A stretch of DNA of 64,000 nucleotides from NCBI GenBank assembly GCA_041690595.1, contig JAWLHB010000045.1, positions 1-64,000 on the forward strand, read 5' to 3'. Under the pieces are notes generated by a model. That model ran no database searches and was not told the origin of the DNA. It saw only the letters and a program-made list of their open reading frames with translations. Position numbers and translations under genes: made by a program. Every line of letters starts with the position of its first letter. The first letter of the stretch is position 1. Positions 26,744 to 36,510 of this stretch are shown here, piece by piece. The DNA comes from Lentisphaeria bacterium. GTDB taxonomy: Bacteria > Verrucomicrobiota > Lentisphaeria > JABSQK01 > JAWLHB01.

Positions 26744-28999
26744 ATGCGTATTCTGCTCGCACTTCTGCTGACGGTTGCCGCGGCCTCGGCCGCCGAACGT
26801 GTTTATCCCCAGTATGAGGGGGTGAATCTGAACGTCTACCTGACGGTGACGCCCACCCCGCGCGATGAAACGTACGGCATGGACGTTTTCGCGGTGAAGG
26901 CGGTCGATATGCAGTTGGGCGACCTGCCGGCCACTGTTGCTGAGCCGTTCCTCACCCGCTGCCGGATGATCGGGCTCCCAGTCAACGCAGCTGAGACGAC
27001 TGCCGACTTCATCGTAGACGCCGCGCTGGATCCGACCGTCTTGCCGGACAAGCCGGAATCCTACACCTTGATCGTCAGCGGCGGTGACGCGGCGGTCACC
27101 GCCACCATCCGGGCCAGCTCGATCAAAGGTATTCACCATGGTTTTGCTTCGTTGCGACAGTTGACAATGGGCTGGCAGGGCAAGGCGATCACCCGTACCG
27201 TGGAGATCCGTGACTATCCGGGCATCCCCTATCGATTCGTCAAGCGGGCCAGCGGGTACTGGATGGAGCAGGCCACCTTCTACAAGCTCAACGGTTGTTC
27301 GTCGCAGATGTCCCGAGGCAACGATTTTGGTACCGGTGAGGCGTACCTGAAGCTGGCGCGCGCCTACCGGGATGCCATTCGCGAGAAGCATCTCTACCTG
27401 CACGGGATGGTAAGCATGGGCAACCGCTACGAAGGCAGCCAGGAAGCGATCGACGCGGCTGCCGCCGGCTACGTCGGGCTCTTCAAGGAGGGCGTCTCCC
27501 ATCTGTCGATCATGAATGACGACAAGATGACGCTGGCCGACAAGACCGCCCGCGATCGATTCGGGGACTACTTCGGCACGCAGCTCGCGTACCTGGACGC
27601 CATTGAGAAGGCGCTGCGCCAGGCCGGTTACCGGCAGCACCTTGGCTTCATGCCCAACCACTATCACGGCCACGCCATGCCCAAGGCGGACGCCGCTGCC
27701 TATCGCGGCAAGCTGGGGGACAACACCGCTCTCTTCTGGGCTGGCGACTACATACCGGGCCTGCCCGCACACCGCGAGCATTTTCGGGAAGTCATGGCGC
27801 AGGTCGACGTCAGGCATTTCTGGTATTACACCAACTGGCCCCAGGTTTCCAACCCCTACTTCGCGCCAAACTTCATGCCGACCCGGATGCACGATTTCGG
27901 TGACGGCGAGATGGTGGAACTGGTGACCATCAGTACCACCACCGCGCCCAACTATATCCCGGTCTCGTTCATCACCATGGCGGACCGGCTCTGGAACGCG
28001 GAGGACTACAACGCCGATCAGGCGCTACGCCGGGCCACCAAGGAGGTCGTCGATCCCGCCTCGTTCGATGCCTTCTACGCGCTTTTCCAATATGTTGCCA
28101 GCCTGGCACCAACGGTCAACCTGGAGACAGCCAGCCCGATGTACAGCTCTGAGCTGCCGGACGTGCGCCGGGCGCTGATCGTCCAGCGCGCCGAGCGGAT
28201 GGACGCGCTGGTGGTGGCCTGCCTGTCGACGCCGTTCGGTCAGGACGAGAAGGTACGCCCGATTCTGGAGAAGATGGTGGGATGCAAGGAGGGCGACCTG
28301 GCCCGCCTGGAGCGTGATGAGCAGGCCTTCAATGAGGGTGTCGATGCCCGCGCCGTGGTCTGTCCGCGCGTCACCAAGGCGCCAACGCTGGATGGAGTCG
28401 TCGATCCCGAGGAGTGGCGTGGCGCCGCTGTGCTTGACGGTTTCACCGATCTGCGCGGAGCCAATACGGCGCCGCACCAGACGCATGGTTACCTGATGCG
28501 AGATGATACCATGCTCTACGTGGCCATCGTCTGCGACGAGTCGGAGATGAAGGACCCGGCGATCATCGACCCGGGCGAGCCGTACCCGGTGCCGTTCCTG
28601 GACCGCCATGATGGCTTCACCTGGTGGTACGACTGCGTGGAGTTATTCCTGGATCCGGGGCACGACGGCAGGGAGGTGACGCAGCTCATTGTCAACCACC
28701 TGGCCATGAAAGAGGTCTTCAGATTCGATTCGGTCAAGTACGGCTACTATGGAGTCGAGAACAAGCGGCACGGCGACCTGACCGTCACGGGCATGGCCAA
28801 CATCACGCCGAAAAGCTGGCTGGTAGAGATCGCCATCCCCCTGGGGGAGTTGGGCGAACCAACGGGTGACTGGGGGCTCTCGCTCTCCCGCACCCGCCGG
28901 CTGACCAAAGGCAGCGGCATGAAGTACAGCACCTGGTCGCCACTGGTCTGGGGGTTTCAGGATGCTCGAAGCTTTGGCACCATGACCTTCTCGCCATGA
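26744..28999 (+). CDS. Exported GH84-like beta-N-acetylglucosaminidase with CBM9-like C-terminus
   Basis: GH20-domain-2-like N-terminus (ESYTL..IRDYP); SIMNDD Asp-Asp pair; FMPNHY, LFWAGD, TNWP; APTLDGVVDPEEW..VELFLDP..VEIAIP. Confidence 0.7.
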   Translation: MRILLALLLTVAAASAAERVYPQYEGVNLNVYLTVTPTPRDETYGMDVFAVKAVDMQLGDLPATVAEPFLTRCRMIGLPVNAAETTADFIVDAALDPTVLPDKPESYTLIVSGGDAAVTATIRASSIKGIHHGFASLRQLTMGWQGKAITRTVEIRDYPGIPYRFVKRASGYWMEQATFYKLNGCSSQMSRGNDFGTGEAYLKLARAYRDAIREKHLYLHGMVSMGNRYEGSQEAIDAAAAGYVGLFKEGVSHLSIMNDDKMTLADKTARDRFGDYFGTQLAYLDAIEKALRQAGYRQHLGFMPNHYHGHAMPKADAAAYRGKLGDNTALFWAGDYIPGLPAHREHFREVMAQVDVRHFWYYTNWPQVSNPYFAPNFMPTRMHDFGDGEMVELVTISTTTAPNYIPVSFITMADRLWNAEDYNADQALRRATKEVVDPASFDAFYALFQYVASLAPTVNLETASPMYSSELPDVRRALIVQRAERMDALVVACLSTPFGQDEKVRPILEKMVGCKEGDLARLERDEQAFNEGVDARAVVCPRVTKAPTLDGVVDPEEWRGAAVLDGFTDLRGANTAPHQTHGYLMRDDTMLYVAIVCDESEMKDPAIIDPGEPYPVPFLDRHDGFTWWYDCVELFLDPGHDGREVTQLIVNHLAMKEVFRFDSVKYGYYGVENKRHGDLTVTGMANITPKSWLVEIAIPLGELGEPTGDWGLSLSRTRRLTKGSGMKYSTWSPLVWGFQDARSFGTMTFSP

Positions 29000-30726
29000 C
29001 CATCTTCAAGCGCCGCGTCTTCCACGAACACCTTCGTGAGCTGGCTTGCCAGGTCCTGCCGTCCATCCGGGAAGATGGTGCCACCATCTGGGGGGCGGAG
29101 AAGGAGCCGGCGGTGCGGCAGCATCCAACCACGTTTTTCCAGAATATCCATCAACTCTACCTCTACTTGGCGGCGCAGGATGACCTGCCTGCAGAGGAAC
29201 GCGAGACGTTCCGGCAGGCCGGGCTCGCCAACCTGGCTTACGCGTTGACGCTGGTGGACGAGAACGCCAACCTCGAGAGCTGGCATGCCGGCAATCACAA
29301 CCTGGGTGCCTACCGGGACGAATGGCACGCGTTCGCCGTCCTTTTGTCGTTGGAAAGTCTCGACCGCGCCGGGCTTACCGGTCCGGTGCGTGATCGCGCC
29401 ATCGCCTTCCTGGGGCGGTACGGCGAGTTGGAGGCAAAAGGCATCGAAACGATGCCGGAGCGTCCCACCACCCGCGAGTTCTGCAGCAATCACTTTCTCT
29501 GGCGACTGACCCTGGTACATCGCCTGGGGCGGCACTTCAACCGCGAGGACTGGCGTGAGCTGGCCAATGCTGTCTACTGGGATGAGGTACTGCCGGCTCA
29601 GTCGCCGGACGGGTGTTGGAACGAATTTGGCTACCCCGCCAGCAAGTACCATCATATCCATACCTCGGCCATCGGCCAGCACTGGTTGCTGGAGCAGGAT
29701 CACGCAGGCGAGCGCGACGCCGTCGCCCAATCGTTGGACTTCTGCCGGCACTGGAGCTATCCCGACGGGACGGCCATCGAGACGATTGACGGCCGCGTCA
29801 TCCACCAATCGCACGTGCAACCGATGTTTTGTCCTGCGTACGTGCTCTGGCCGGAAGGGCAGGCCTACCTGCAGGCCTGCCTTGAGCGACATATCGCGGG
29901 ACGCCCGTTGGCGACCGCTGAAGGCGTCGGCTGCCTAATCTGGCTCGGTTTCTTTGCCCACGGTCTGCCAGAATCGTTACCGGACTTCTCGGCAGCACCG
30001 GCACCATTACCCGAGGTGATCCGACTGCGGAGCCAACCTGCCGCAAGGGTCAACCAAGGCCCCTGGACGCTGGTAGCCTGCGGCTTCAGCCGCCCCTTCA
30101 CCCATGCGCGTTTCTGCAAGGACTTCCAGAACTACGTCTCGCTTCACCACCGCGATCTGGGGCTGCTCATCGGCGGCGGCCACTCGAAGCGCGATCCCTG
30201 GTGCTCAACCTTTGCTCAGACTGACGGGGGCAGCCAGTACCTCGGCTTGCAGTGCCTCATCCTGGACTATGCCGATAATCGGTTGCGGCTGCGGCTCAAT
30301 TATGGCGAACATGATCTCGAGGTGCAGATACGACTGGTCGACGACTGGCGGGTGGACCTGACCGGGATCTGGCTCACCGCGGCTGAAGGCAGTGCCTGGG
30401 AGTTTGGCTTCACCATGCCCTCGCCTCCCGGCAACACGTGGCAGTTCGACCACGAGCCGCCCGTGACTCTGGACGAGACGCATCGCGTCAACAAGCTGAA
30501 GCTGCCGGGCCAGGGCGACATCGAGGCGGTTTACGCCGGCAAGGTCGCCCTATCCCTGGCAGGCAGCGGCAACATCCGCTGGCCTCAACTCGCTTACCAG
30601 CCCTACGGCACACTGCCCTGGAAATCTCTCGCCGATGCCTGGAGCCGCGTCTCCGTCCCGCTCACCGTCCCGGAACCGCGGCAGACCATCCGTCTCCGCC
30701 TCATCGATCAAGGAGCCACGTCATGA
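28996..30726 (+). CDS. Hypothetical protein, probable alpha/alpha-toroid carbohydrate enzyme
   Basis: 576-aa ORF with ATGA overlaps at both ends; SNHFLW, QSPDGCWNE..KYH, YPDGT..ETIDGR. Confidence 0.65.
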   Translation: MTIFKRRVFHEHLRELACQVLPSIREDGATIWGAEKEPAVRQHPTTFFQNIHQLYLYLAAQDDLPAEERETFRQAGLANLAYALTLVDENANLESWHAGNHNLGAYRDEWHAFAVLLSLESLDRAGLTGPVRDRAIAFLGRYGELEAKGIETMPERPTTREFCSNHFLWRLTLVHRLGRHFNREDWRELANAVYWDEVLPAQSPDGCWNEFGYPASKYHHIHTSAIGQHWLLEQDHAGERDAVAQSLDFCRHWSYPDGTAIETIDGRVIHQSHVQPMFCPAYVLWPEGQAYLQACLERHIAGRPLATAEGVGCLIWLGFFAHGLPESLPDFSAAPAPLPEVIRLRSQPAARVNQGPWTLVACGFSRPFTHARFCKDFQNYVSLHHRDLGLLIGGGHSKRDPWCSTFAQTDGGSQYLGLQCLILDYADNRLRLRLNYGEHDLEVQIRLVDDWRVDLTGIWLTAAEGSAWEFGFTMPSPPGNTWQFDHEPPVTLDETHRVNKLKLPGQGDIEAVYAGKVALSLAGSGNIRWPQLAYQPYGTLPWKSLADAWSRVSVPLTVPEPRQTIRLRLIDQGATS

Positions 30727-32276
30727 TTTGGGATCTGCATACGTATGTGATGGTCGACTCGACTATCATCGCCGCCGAGGAGAACAGCAGTCTGGTGCGT
30801 GAGGAAGCCTACAAGCATCCGGGCAATCCATTGATCTCCCTCGATGACCGGGCGCTTACCCATGGCGCCGGTAGCCTCGGCTTCGTCTTTGTGGTTCGCG
30901 AAGGCGGCGTCTACCGCATGTGGTACGAGGTGCGTGGCGTCCGGGAGGCCGCGCTGCCCCCCGGCACCAAGACCGCCGCGGGCGACTATGGCAAGGCTTG
31001 CTACAAGGCCTATGCCGAGAGCGAGGATGGGATTCATTTCACGCCGGTTGTGCTCGGCCAGGTGGAACTGCACGGGTCGAAGCAGAACAACCTGCTGCAT
31101 TTTCCCGCGGGTGGCGAGTCGCAGGTCCGAACCTGTGGGTTCATGCATGATCCTCTGGACGCCGAGTACCCCTACAAATGCGTCTACTATCGGCCAGGCA
31201 AAGGTGCAGATTTCGAGGCTGGTGTCGGTATCCGCTTTCCCTATGTGAAGGAGCGCGAGTGGTGGTACATCTGGGGAATCGGACGGAGTCGTGACGGCCT
31301 GCACTGGGAGCCCCCGAAGCACCGTCACAATCTGGTCAACACCAATCCCGAAAGCGCCCGCCTGCACCGCGCGATGGACGGCGGCTTGATCCTGTCCGAC
31401 CAGATGATGAGCGGCATCAGCGACTTTGCCTGGCGCAACGTGAAGGGCTGGATCACCTACGATCTGGAGACCGCCCACCGCATCCCCGATTATGTCTACA
31501 AGGTGCCCGAACACATGGTGCGGGTCCACGCCACCTATCTTGGGCCGAACTGGGATGGCGTGCCGTGGATCCAGCCGCACGTCGGCCTTGCCTGTGCCCG
31601 GAAGGGGGCGAGCATGATTGGCCTCAACGGTTACCTGTACGGTTGCGGCGGCAGCAAGGGTGCCGAGACGTTCGCCCAGGTCGCCGACATCGGCCTGTGC
31701 ACCAGTGAGTCCGGCGCCAGGTTCAACGATGTCTGGCCGTTTTGCCCCTTCATCCGCCGTGGCGAACGGGATAGCTGGGATTTCGGCATGGTCGCCCAGT
31801 GCTGCATCGAAGAGAATGAGACGCAGACCCTCTTCTACTACACCGGTGGCGATGTCGGCAATCTCTCGTCGACCTATCTCCCCGGGCTTGCCTACATTCC
31901 CAAGGACCGCTTTGGCTACCGCCTGATTCGTGGCTTCCGTGACACCGCGGTGAGACCCCGGATGGCGACGATTACGCTCAAGCCGTGTGTGCTTCCAGCG
32001 GCACCGGCCTTCAAGCTCAACTGCTCGCAGGTGAGTGCCCAACGTACCATCCGCCTGGAGATTGCCGATGAACATGGCGTGGCACTACCAGGCTATAGCT
32101 TTGCCGATTGCGTGCCCGTCGAGGCTGAAGGCCTGGCTGTACCCGTCCTCTGGCCCCATGGGAGCGGTGCTGAGTTGGGCGCACGAAAGGTGATCATCAG
32201 AGCCCAGCTTCACAGCGAGGACTGTGGCGAAGTCTATCACACGTCACCGCGCCTGTATGCTATCTACACCAGGTGA
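30723..32276 (+). CDS. Beta-propeller glycoside hydrolase-like protein (GH32/GH43-like fold)
   Basis: KHPGNPLI, YRMWY, YAESEDGIHF, SRDGLHW, RRGERDSWD, LPGYSFADC. Confidence 0.65.
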   Translation: MIWDLHTYVMVDSTIIAAEENSSLVREEAYKHPGNPLISLDDRALTHGAGSLGFVFVVREGGVYRMWYEVRGVREAALPPGTKTAAGDYGKACYKAYAESEDGIHFTPVVLGQVELHGSKQNNLLHFPAGGESQVRTCGFMHDPLDAEYPYKCVYYRPGKGADFEAGVGIRFPYVKEREWWYIWGIGRSRDGLHWEPPKHRHNLVNTNPESARLHRAMDGGLILSDQMMSGISDFAWRNVKGWITYDLETAHRIPDYVYKVPEHMVRVHATYLGPNWDGVPWIQPHVGLACARKGASMIGLNGYLYGCGGSKGAETFAQVADIGLCTSESGARFNDVWPFCPFIRRGERDSWDFGMVAQCCIEENETQTLFYYTGGDVGNLSSTYLPGLAYIPKDRFGYRLIRGFRDTAVRPRMATITLKPCVLPAAPAFKLNCSQVSAQRTIRLEIADEHGVALPGYSFADCVPVEAEGLAVPVLWPHGSGAELGARKVIIRAQLHSEDCGEVYHTSPRLYAIYTR

Positions 32277-32552
32277 CCCCGCGTGATCAGGGAGAATGCG
32301 ACCACAAACGTGTATGCAACCAGTCGTGCAAGGTTCAGCTTTTAGACATAAGGGAGAGACGTCTCTATGATCAAGCACTACCGCAGTCTGGCTGTCGCCT
32401 GCCTGCTGAGTCCGATGTGGTCAGTGACCGCACAAGAAGCTTGAAAATACGGGCATTGCGCCAAGACCTGATTCCCGAGCAGTGCCGCCCACAAGAACTA
32501 CCATTCACGCGGCAGGCTCGTGTTTGAACAATAACCAAGGACAACGCACACG

Positions 32553-33359
32553 ATGAAGAATGCACCAAACCTGAAAGACATGTTGAGCCTGCAGGGCAAG
32601 GTGGCGATGGTCACCGGTGGCTGCCAGAACTTCGGCCTGGAGATCGCGACGGGGTTGGCAGAGATGGGCGCGACCGTCATCGTCACCTCGCGGGACAGCG
32701 ATAAAGCGACAACCGCCGCCAAGGCGCTCCGCGAGGCGCATGGCGTCGAGACCCTGGGGCTTGGGCTGGACATCACCAGCGAGACGTCGGTCACCGCCGC
32801 CTTCGACACGATTCTGGACAAGCTGGGGCGCATCGACATTCTGGTCAACAACGCTGGGGGTCACGGTTCGAATCCGACCGGGGACCTGAAGAACGAGACC
32901 CTGGCGTGCTTCGAGCAGTACCTGACTGCCAACGTCACCGGCACCTTCCTCATGATGCGTGAGTTCGCCCGTCGCAACACCAATGGCGGCGCCATCGTCA
33001 ACATCGCTTCGGTTTCCTCCTTGCTCGGGCGCGACCGCTCGATCTACGAAGACACCGGTTTGACGCCGAATCCCGTTCCGTACACGGCGGCCAAGGCCGG
33101 CATGATCGGCCTGACCTATGACTGCGCGGCGCTCCTCGCTGAGGACAATATCCGGGTCAACGCCATCTCTCCTGGTGGTTTCGAGCGTGGTCACCCGGAG
33201 AACTTCGTCGCCAACTACAGCTCGCACACGATGCTCAAGCGCATGGGACGCGACGGCTGGGACCTCAAGGGGGCTGTGGCCTTCCTCGTCTCTGATGCTG
33301 CCGCCTACATCACGGCTCACAATCTCGTGCTCGACGGCGGCTTCACCCGCTATAGCTGA
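32553..33359 (+). CDS. SDR family oxidoreductase
   Basis: VTGGCQNFG, DILVNNAG, YTAAK, VNAISPGG. Confidence 0.93.
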   Translation: MKNAPNLKDMLSLQGKVAMVTGGCQNFGLEIATGLAEMGATVIVTSRDSDKATTAAKALREAHGVETLGLGLDITSETSVTAAFDTILDKLGRIDILVNNAGGHGSNPTGDLKNETLACFEQYLTANVTGTFLMMREFARRNTNGGAIVNIASVSSLLGRDRSIYEDTGLTPNPVPYTAAKAGMIGLTYDCAALLAEDNIRVNAISPGGFERGHPENFVANYSSHTMLKRMGRDGWDLKGAVAFLVSDAAAYITAHNLVLDGGFTRYS

Positions 33360-33368
33360 TACCGAACC

Positions 33369-34361
33369 ATGGAGAATGACATGACATCTGAACCAATGAA
33401 AATCCTGGTCGTCGGCTGCGGATCGATCGGCAAGCGCCATCTGGACGTGTTGTCTCGGCGCAGCGGCATCGAGGTGGCTGCGTGCGACATGACCCCAGAG
33501 GCAGCGGAAGCCGTCGCGGCGATTTCCAGCAACATCACCTTCTTCGGCAACCAGCAGGAGGCGTTTGCCTGGTCGCCCAGCTTGACCGTAGTCGCGGTGC
33601 CCAACCAGTTTCACCGCCCGGTCGCGGAGGCCGCATTCGAAGCGAGATCTCACGTCCTCTGCGAGAAGCCCATCGCCGATACCGTGGCGAACGGCAAGGC
33701 AATCGTGGCTGCTGCTGAGGCTGCGGGCTGCCGCCTCATGGTCGGCTATACCGAGCGCTATCGGCCTGCGTTCCTGTTCATCGAGGATATGGTGAAAAAG
33801 GGCGAGCTCGGCACGCTGGTCGGCGGCCGCGCCATGGTCGGCACCTACAACACGATCGTCTGCAGCCAGGCGTCGGCGAATGACCCCATGTTTGGCAGCA
33901 TCATTGTCAACTACACCCACGAGCTGGACTTGCTGGGCAGCATCTTTGGCTCCGCTAAGGATGTGGACGCACGATCCAACCAGCTAGGGAGTAAGACGGG
34001 CATCGCCACGCGACCGTCGCTGGCGGCGATGCTCATCGAGTACGAAACAGGCGCTCTCGTCTCCGTACACATGGACTACATCCAACACCCGCAGCGGCGC
34101 TTGCTGGAGATCTATGGCGACCGTCGAACCCTCGAGTACGACCTGCAGACCAACACGGTGCGGATCTTTGACACGGATGCGGACGGGCACCAGACCCGGC
34201 ATTTTCCCGCTTCGCGCAATGAGATCTTTGCGCTGGAGCACGATGATGCCATTAACATGGCTCGCAACAATGATGCACCACGAGTGACCGGCCGACAGGC
34301 GCTCGCTGTGCTTGAGGTCGCTGAGTTGGCGATTAACCGCTTGAGCGAAACCGGAGGTTGA
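33369..34361 (+). CDS. Gfo/Idh/MocA family oxidoreductase
   Basis: VVGCGSIGKRH, HVLCEKP, THELDL. Confidence 0.92.
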   Translation: MENDMTSEPMKILVVGCGSIGKRHLDVLSRRSGIEVAACDMTPEAAEAVAAISSNITFFGNQQEAFAWSPSLTVVAVPNQFHRPVAEAAFEARSHVLCEKPIADTVANGKAIVAAAEAAGCRLMVGYTERYRPAFLFIEDMVKKGELGTLVGGRAMVGTYNTIVCSQASANDPMFGSIIVNYTHELDLLGSIFGSAKDVDARSNQLGSKTGIATRPSLAAMLIEYETGALVSVHMDYIQHPQRRLLEIYGDRRTLEYDLQTNTVRIFDTDADGHQTRHFPASRNEIFALEHDDAINMARNNDAPRVTGRQALAVLEVAELAINRLSETGG

Positions 34362-34526
34362 TGGTGCCCAGGCTACTGCAACGGCTGTGTGTCATGCTGG
34401 CCCTGCCGACCACGAGCCTGGCGGCCGGTGTTGATGCTGCACCTGGATGGCACGGCCAACGACGCCAGCATCTGCGGGAATCACTTCAGGCTCAGGAATG
34501 AGCTGCAGTTCGCTGAGGGCCGCGTA

Positions 34527-34655
34527 TACGACCATTCGGGCCGTCGGGCCTGTGAGGGGGTTCTGCGCCTTGCCAGAGAGCACGGTCGCGGGCGTCTGGA
34601 AGCCGCCTGCGAAACCGCCCTTGCATGGGGATGCTTTGACCTTCGGGGGCGGTGA
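34527..34655 (+). mobile_element. Short remnant resembling an IS21-family IstA transposase C-terminal region
   Basis: GRRACEGVLRLAREHGRGRLEAACETAL resembles the IstA R.C.G.L.L...G..RLEAAC..AL helix motif; no IS ends found. Confidence 0.55.
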
Positions 34656-34925
34656 AGAAGTAGCGGCCGTCTTTGTTCCAGAGGCGGGCTACGGTCACCG
34701 GGATATCGGTCAGCAGTTCGGCCTCTACAACGAGCGGCTTGTCGATGTTGAAATGCTGTTGCGATGGGGCAGGCCGAGTTCGCGCACGGGCCTGGTTGCC
34801 TGCCAGGTCACCTGCGAGGCTGGCGAAATCGATCTCGACAGCCCCCGCACGGTGTAACTCGACGAGGTGCGGGCGATTCTGGCCGCCGTTCCATCAACGA
34901 CGCGGGGGGGATTCTTGAGGACGTG

Positions 34926-35669
34926 TCAGAAATAGCCGCCTTTTGTGGTGATCTGCTGAATGGTCTGTCCCTCGGCAACCCAGCCGAAGATCTTCTTTTC
35001 ATTCGCCTTGATCTCTTCTGCGCGCACGAGCACATCACAGGCGATGTCGCGCGGGACCACGAGCACACCGTCAATATCGCCGAGCACCACGTCGCCGGGT
35101 CTGATGGTCACATCGCCGATCTTGATGGGGATCTGAAAGTGGGTGATCAGACACCGGCCGAGGCTGCCATTGGAGATGCGGTACTTGTAGAAGAGTGGGA
35201 AATTCTTCTCGAGAATCTGGTGGGTGTCGCGGATGCCTCCGTCAATGCAGGCGGCCTTGACCTTCTTGCCGACGGCGGTGGCCGTCATCACGCCACCCCA
35301 GAGGGTGGCTTTCTCGTCCCTGCTGGTGTCCCAGACCACGAAGTGGTCCTCGCCCATCTGGTCGAGCATCTGCGTGCGAAACTCCATTTCGCCGGTGATC
35401 TTCACGTTTGGGGCGCTCTTGACGGTGAAGGCGATGCCCGCGACGGTGCGGTACTCGCGCAGCGGCAGGATATGTCCGGGCAAGGCCTGTTCGAGCAGGC
35501 AGAACTCGCGCAGGACGTCATTGACGGCACCCGTGTAGAGGTCCTCGAAGCGCTTCAGCAGCTCCTTCACGGGGATGGGGAAGGGCTTGTCGCTGACGCC
35601 CTCGCGACTGGCGATGAGCTTTTCCAGATTCATCATGCCGATTTCTTTTCTGTACTGATCAACGGACAT
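34926..35669 (-). CDS. RraA family / HMG-CHA aldolase-like protein
   Basis: VAGIAFTV, LWGGVM, IDGGIRD, VTIRPGDVVLGDIDGVLVVP. Confidence 0.9.
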   Translation of the reverse strand: MSVDQYRKEIGMMNLEKLIASREGVSDKPFPIPVKELLKRFEDLYTGAVNDVLREFCLLEQALPGHILPLREYRTVAGIAFTVKSAPNVKITGEMEFRTQMLDQMGEDHFVVWDTSRDEKATLWGGVMTATAVGKKVKAACIDGGIRDTHQILEKNFPLFYKYRISNGSLGRCLITHFQIPIKIGDVTIRPGDVVLGDIDGVLVVPRDIACDVLVRAEEIKANEKKIFGWVAEGQTIQQITTKGGYF

Positions 35670-35732
35670 CTGCTTATCTCCTGACTGCTGGTTGATGATC
35701 GATGTGTGACTGCTCAGCCCGCTGCTCTCACT

Positions 35733-36500
35733 TCACAAACTCATGCCGCCGTCCACGAGCAGACTCTGGCCCGTGATGTAGCGGCCAGCCTCGGAGCAGA
35801 GCAGCAGTGCCGCTCCGACACACTCCTCGGGAGCGCCAATGCGGCCTGCCGGAATCTGCAACATCACCTTCGCCTTGTATGCGTCATCGGCGAGGCGCCC
35901 GGCGTTTCGATCCGTTTCGATCACGCCCGGTGCCAGGTTGTTGACGGTGACGCCGCGCGGCGCAAATTGCCTGGCGAGGTTGCGGACCGTCAAGCTCTGG
36001 GCTGCTTTGAGGGCCGCGTATACTACCATCTCCGGATGCGGCTTCGCCTCCTGCACAGATCCGATCGTGAGGATTCTTCCCCAGCCGCGCTCGAGCATGG
36101 CGGGCGCTGCCTTCTGGATGAGTTCAAAGCCGCTTTGCCAATTCGTCCGGAACTGTTGATCCACATGCTCCGGCGTGACAGAGAACCACGGCTCGGGAAT
36201 CTGGATGGAGGCGTTCAACACCAGGATGTCCAGCTTGCCCATGTCGTTGATGGTGTTGTGGACGATCCTGTCGGCTGCACCCGGTGCAGAAAGGTCTTCG
36301 CCGATGACGATCGCTTTTCGTCCATTGCGCATGATCGCTTGCGCGACCTCGGAGGCCGCATGGCGACCGCGGGCATAGTGTACGGCGACATCGGCACCGG
36401 CCTCGGCCAAGGCCAGCGCGATGGCCGCCCCGATACCGCGGCTCGATCCAGTCACCAGAGCTGTTCGCCCCGACAGATCGAAGAGTTTCTGAAGCTTCAT
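35733..36500 (-). CDS. SDR family oxidoreductase, candidate uronate/keto-sugar-acid reductase
   Basis: VTGSSRGIG, YAALK, VNNLAPG, YITGQSLLVDGG. Confidence 0.92.
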   Translation of the reverse strand: MKLQKLFDLSGRTALVTGSSRGIGAAIALALAEAGADVAVHYARGRHAASEVAQAIMRNGRKAIVIGEDLSAPGAADRIVHNTINDMGKLDILVLNASIQIPEPWFSVTPEHVDQQFRTNWQSGFELIQKAAPAMLERGWGRILTIGSVQEAKPHPEMVVYAALKAAQSLTVRNLARQFAPRGVTVNNLAPGVIETDRNAGRLADDAYKAKVMLQIPAGRIGAPEECVGAALLLCSEAGRYITGQSLLVDGGMSL

Positions 36501-36510
36501 GGGTAATCCT

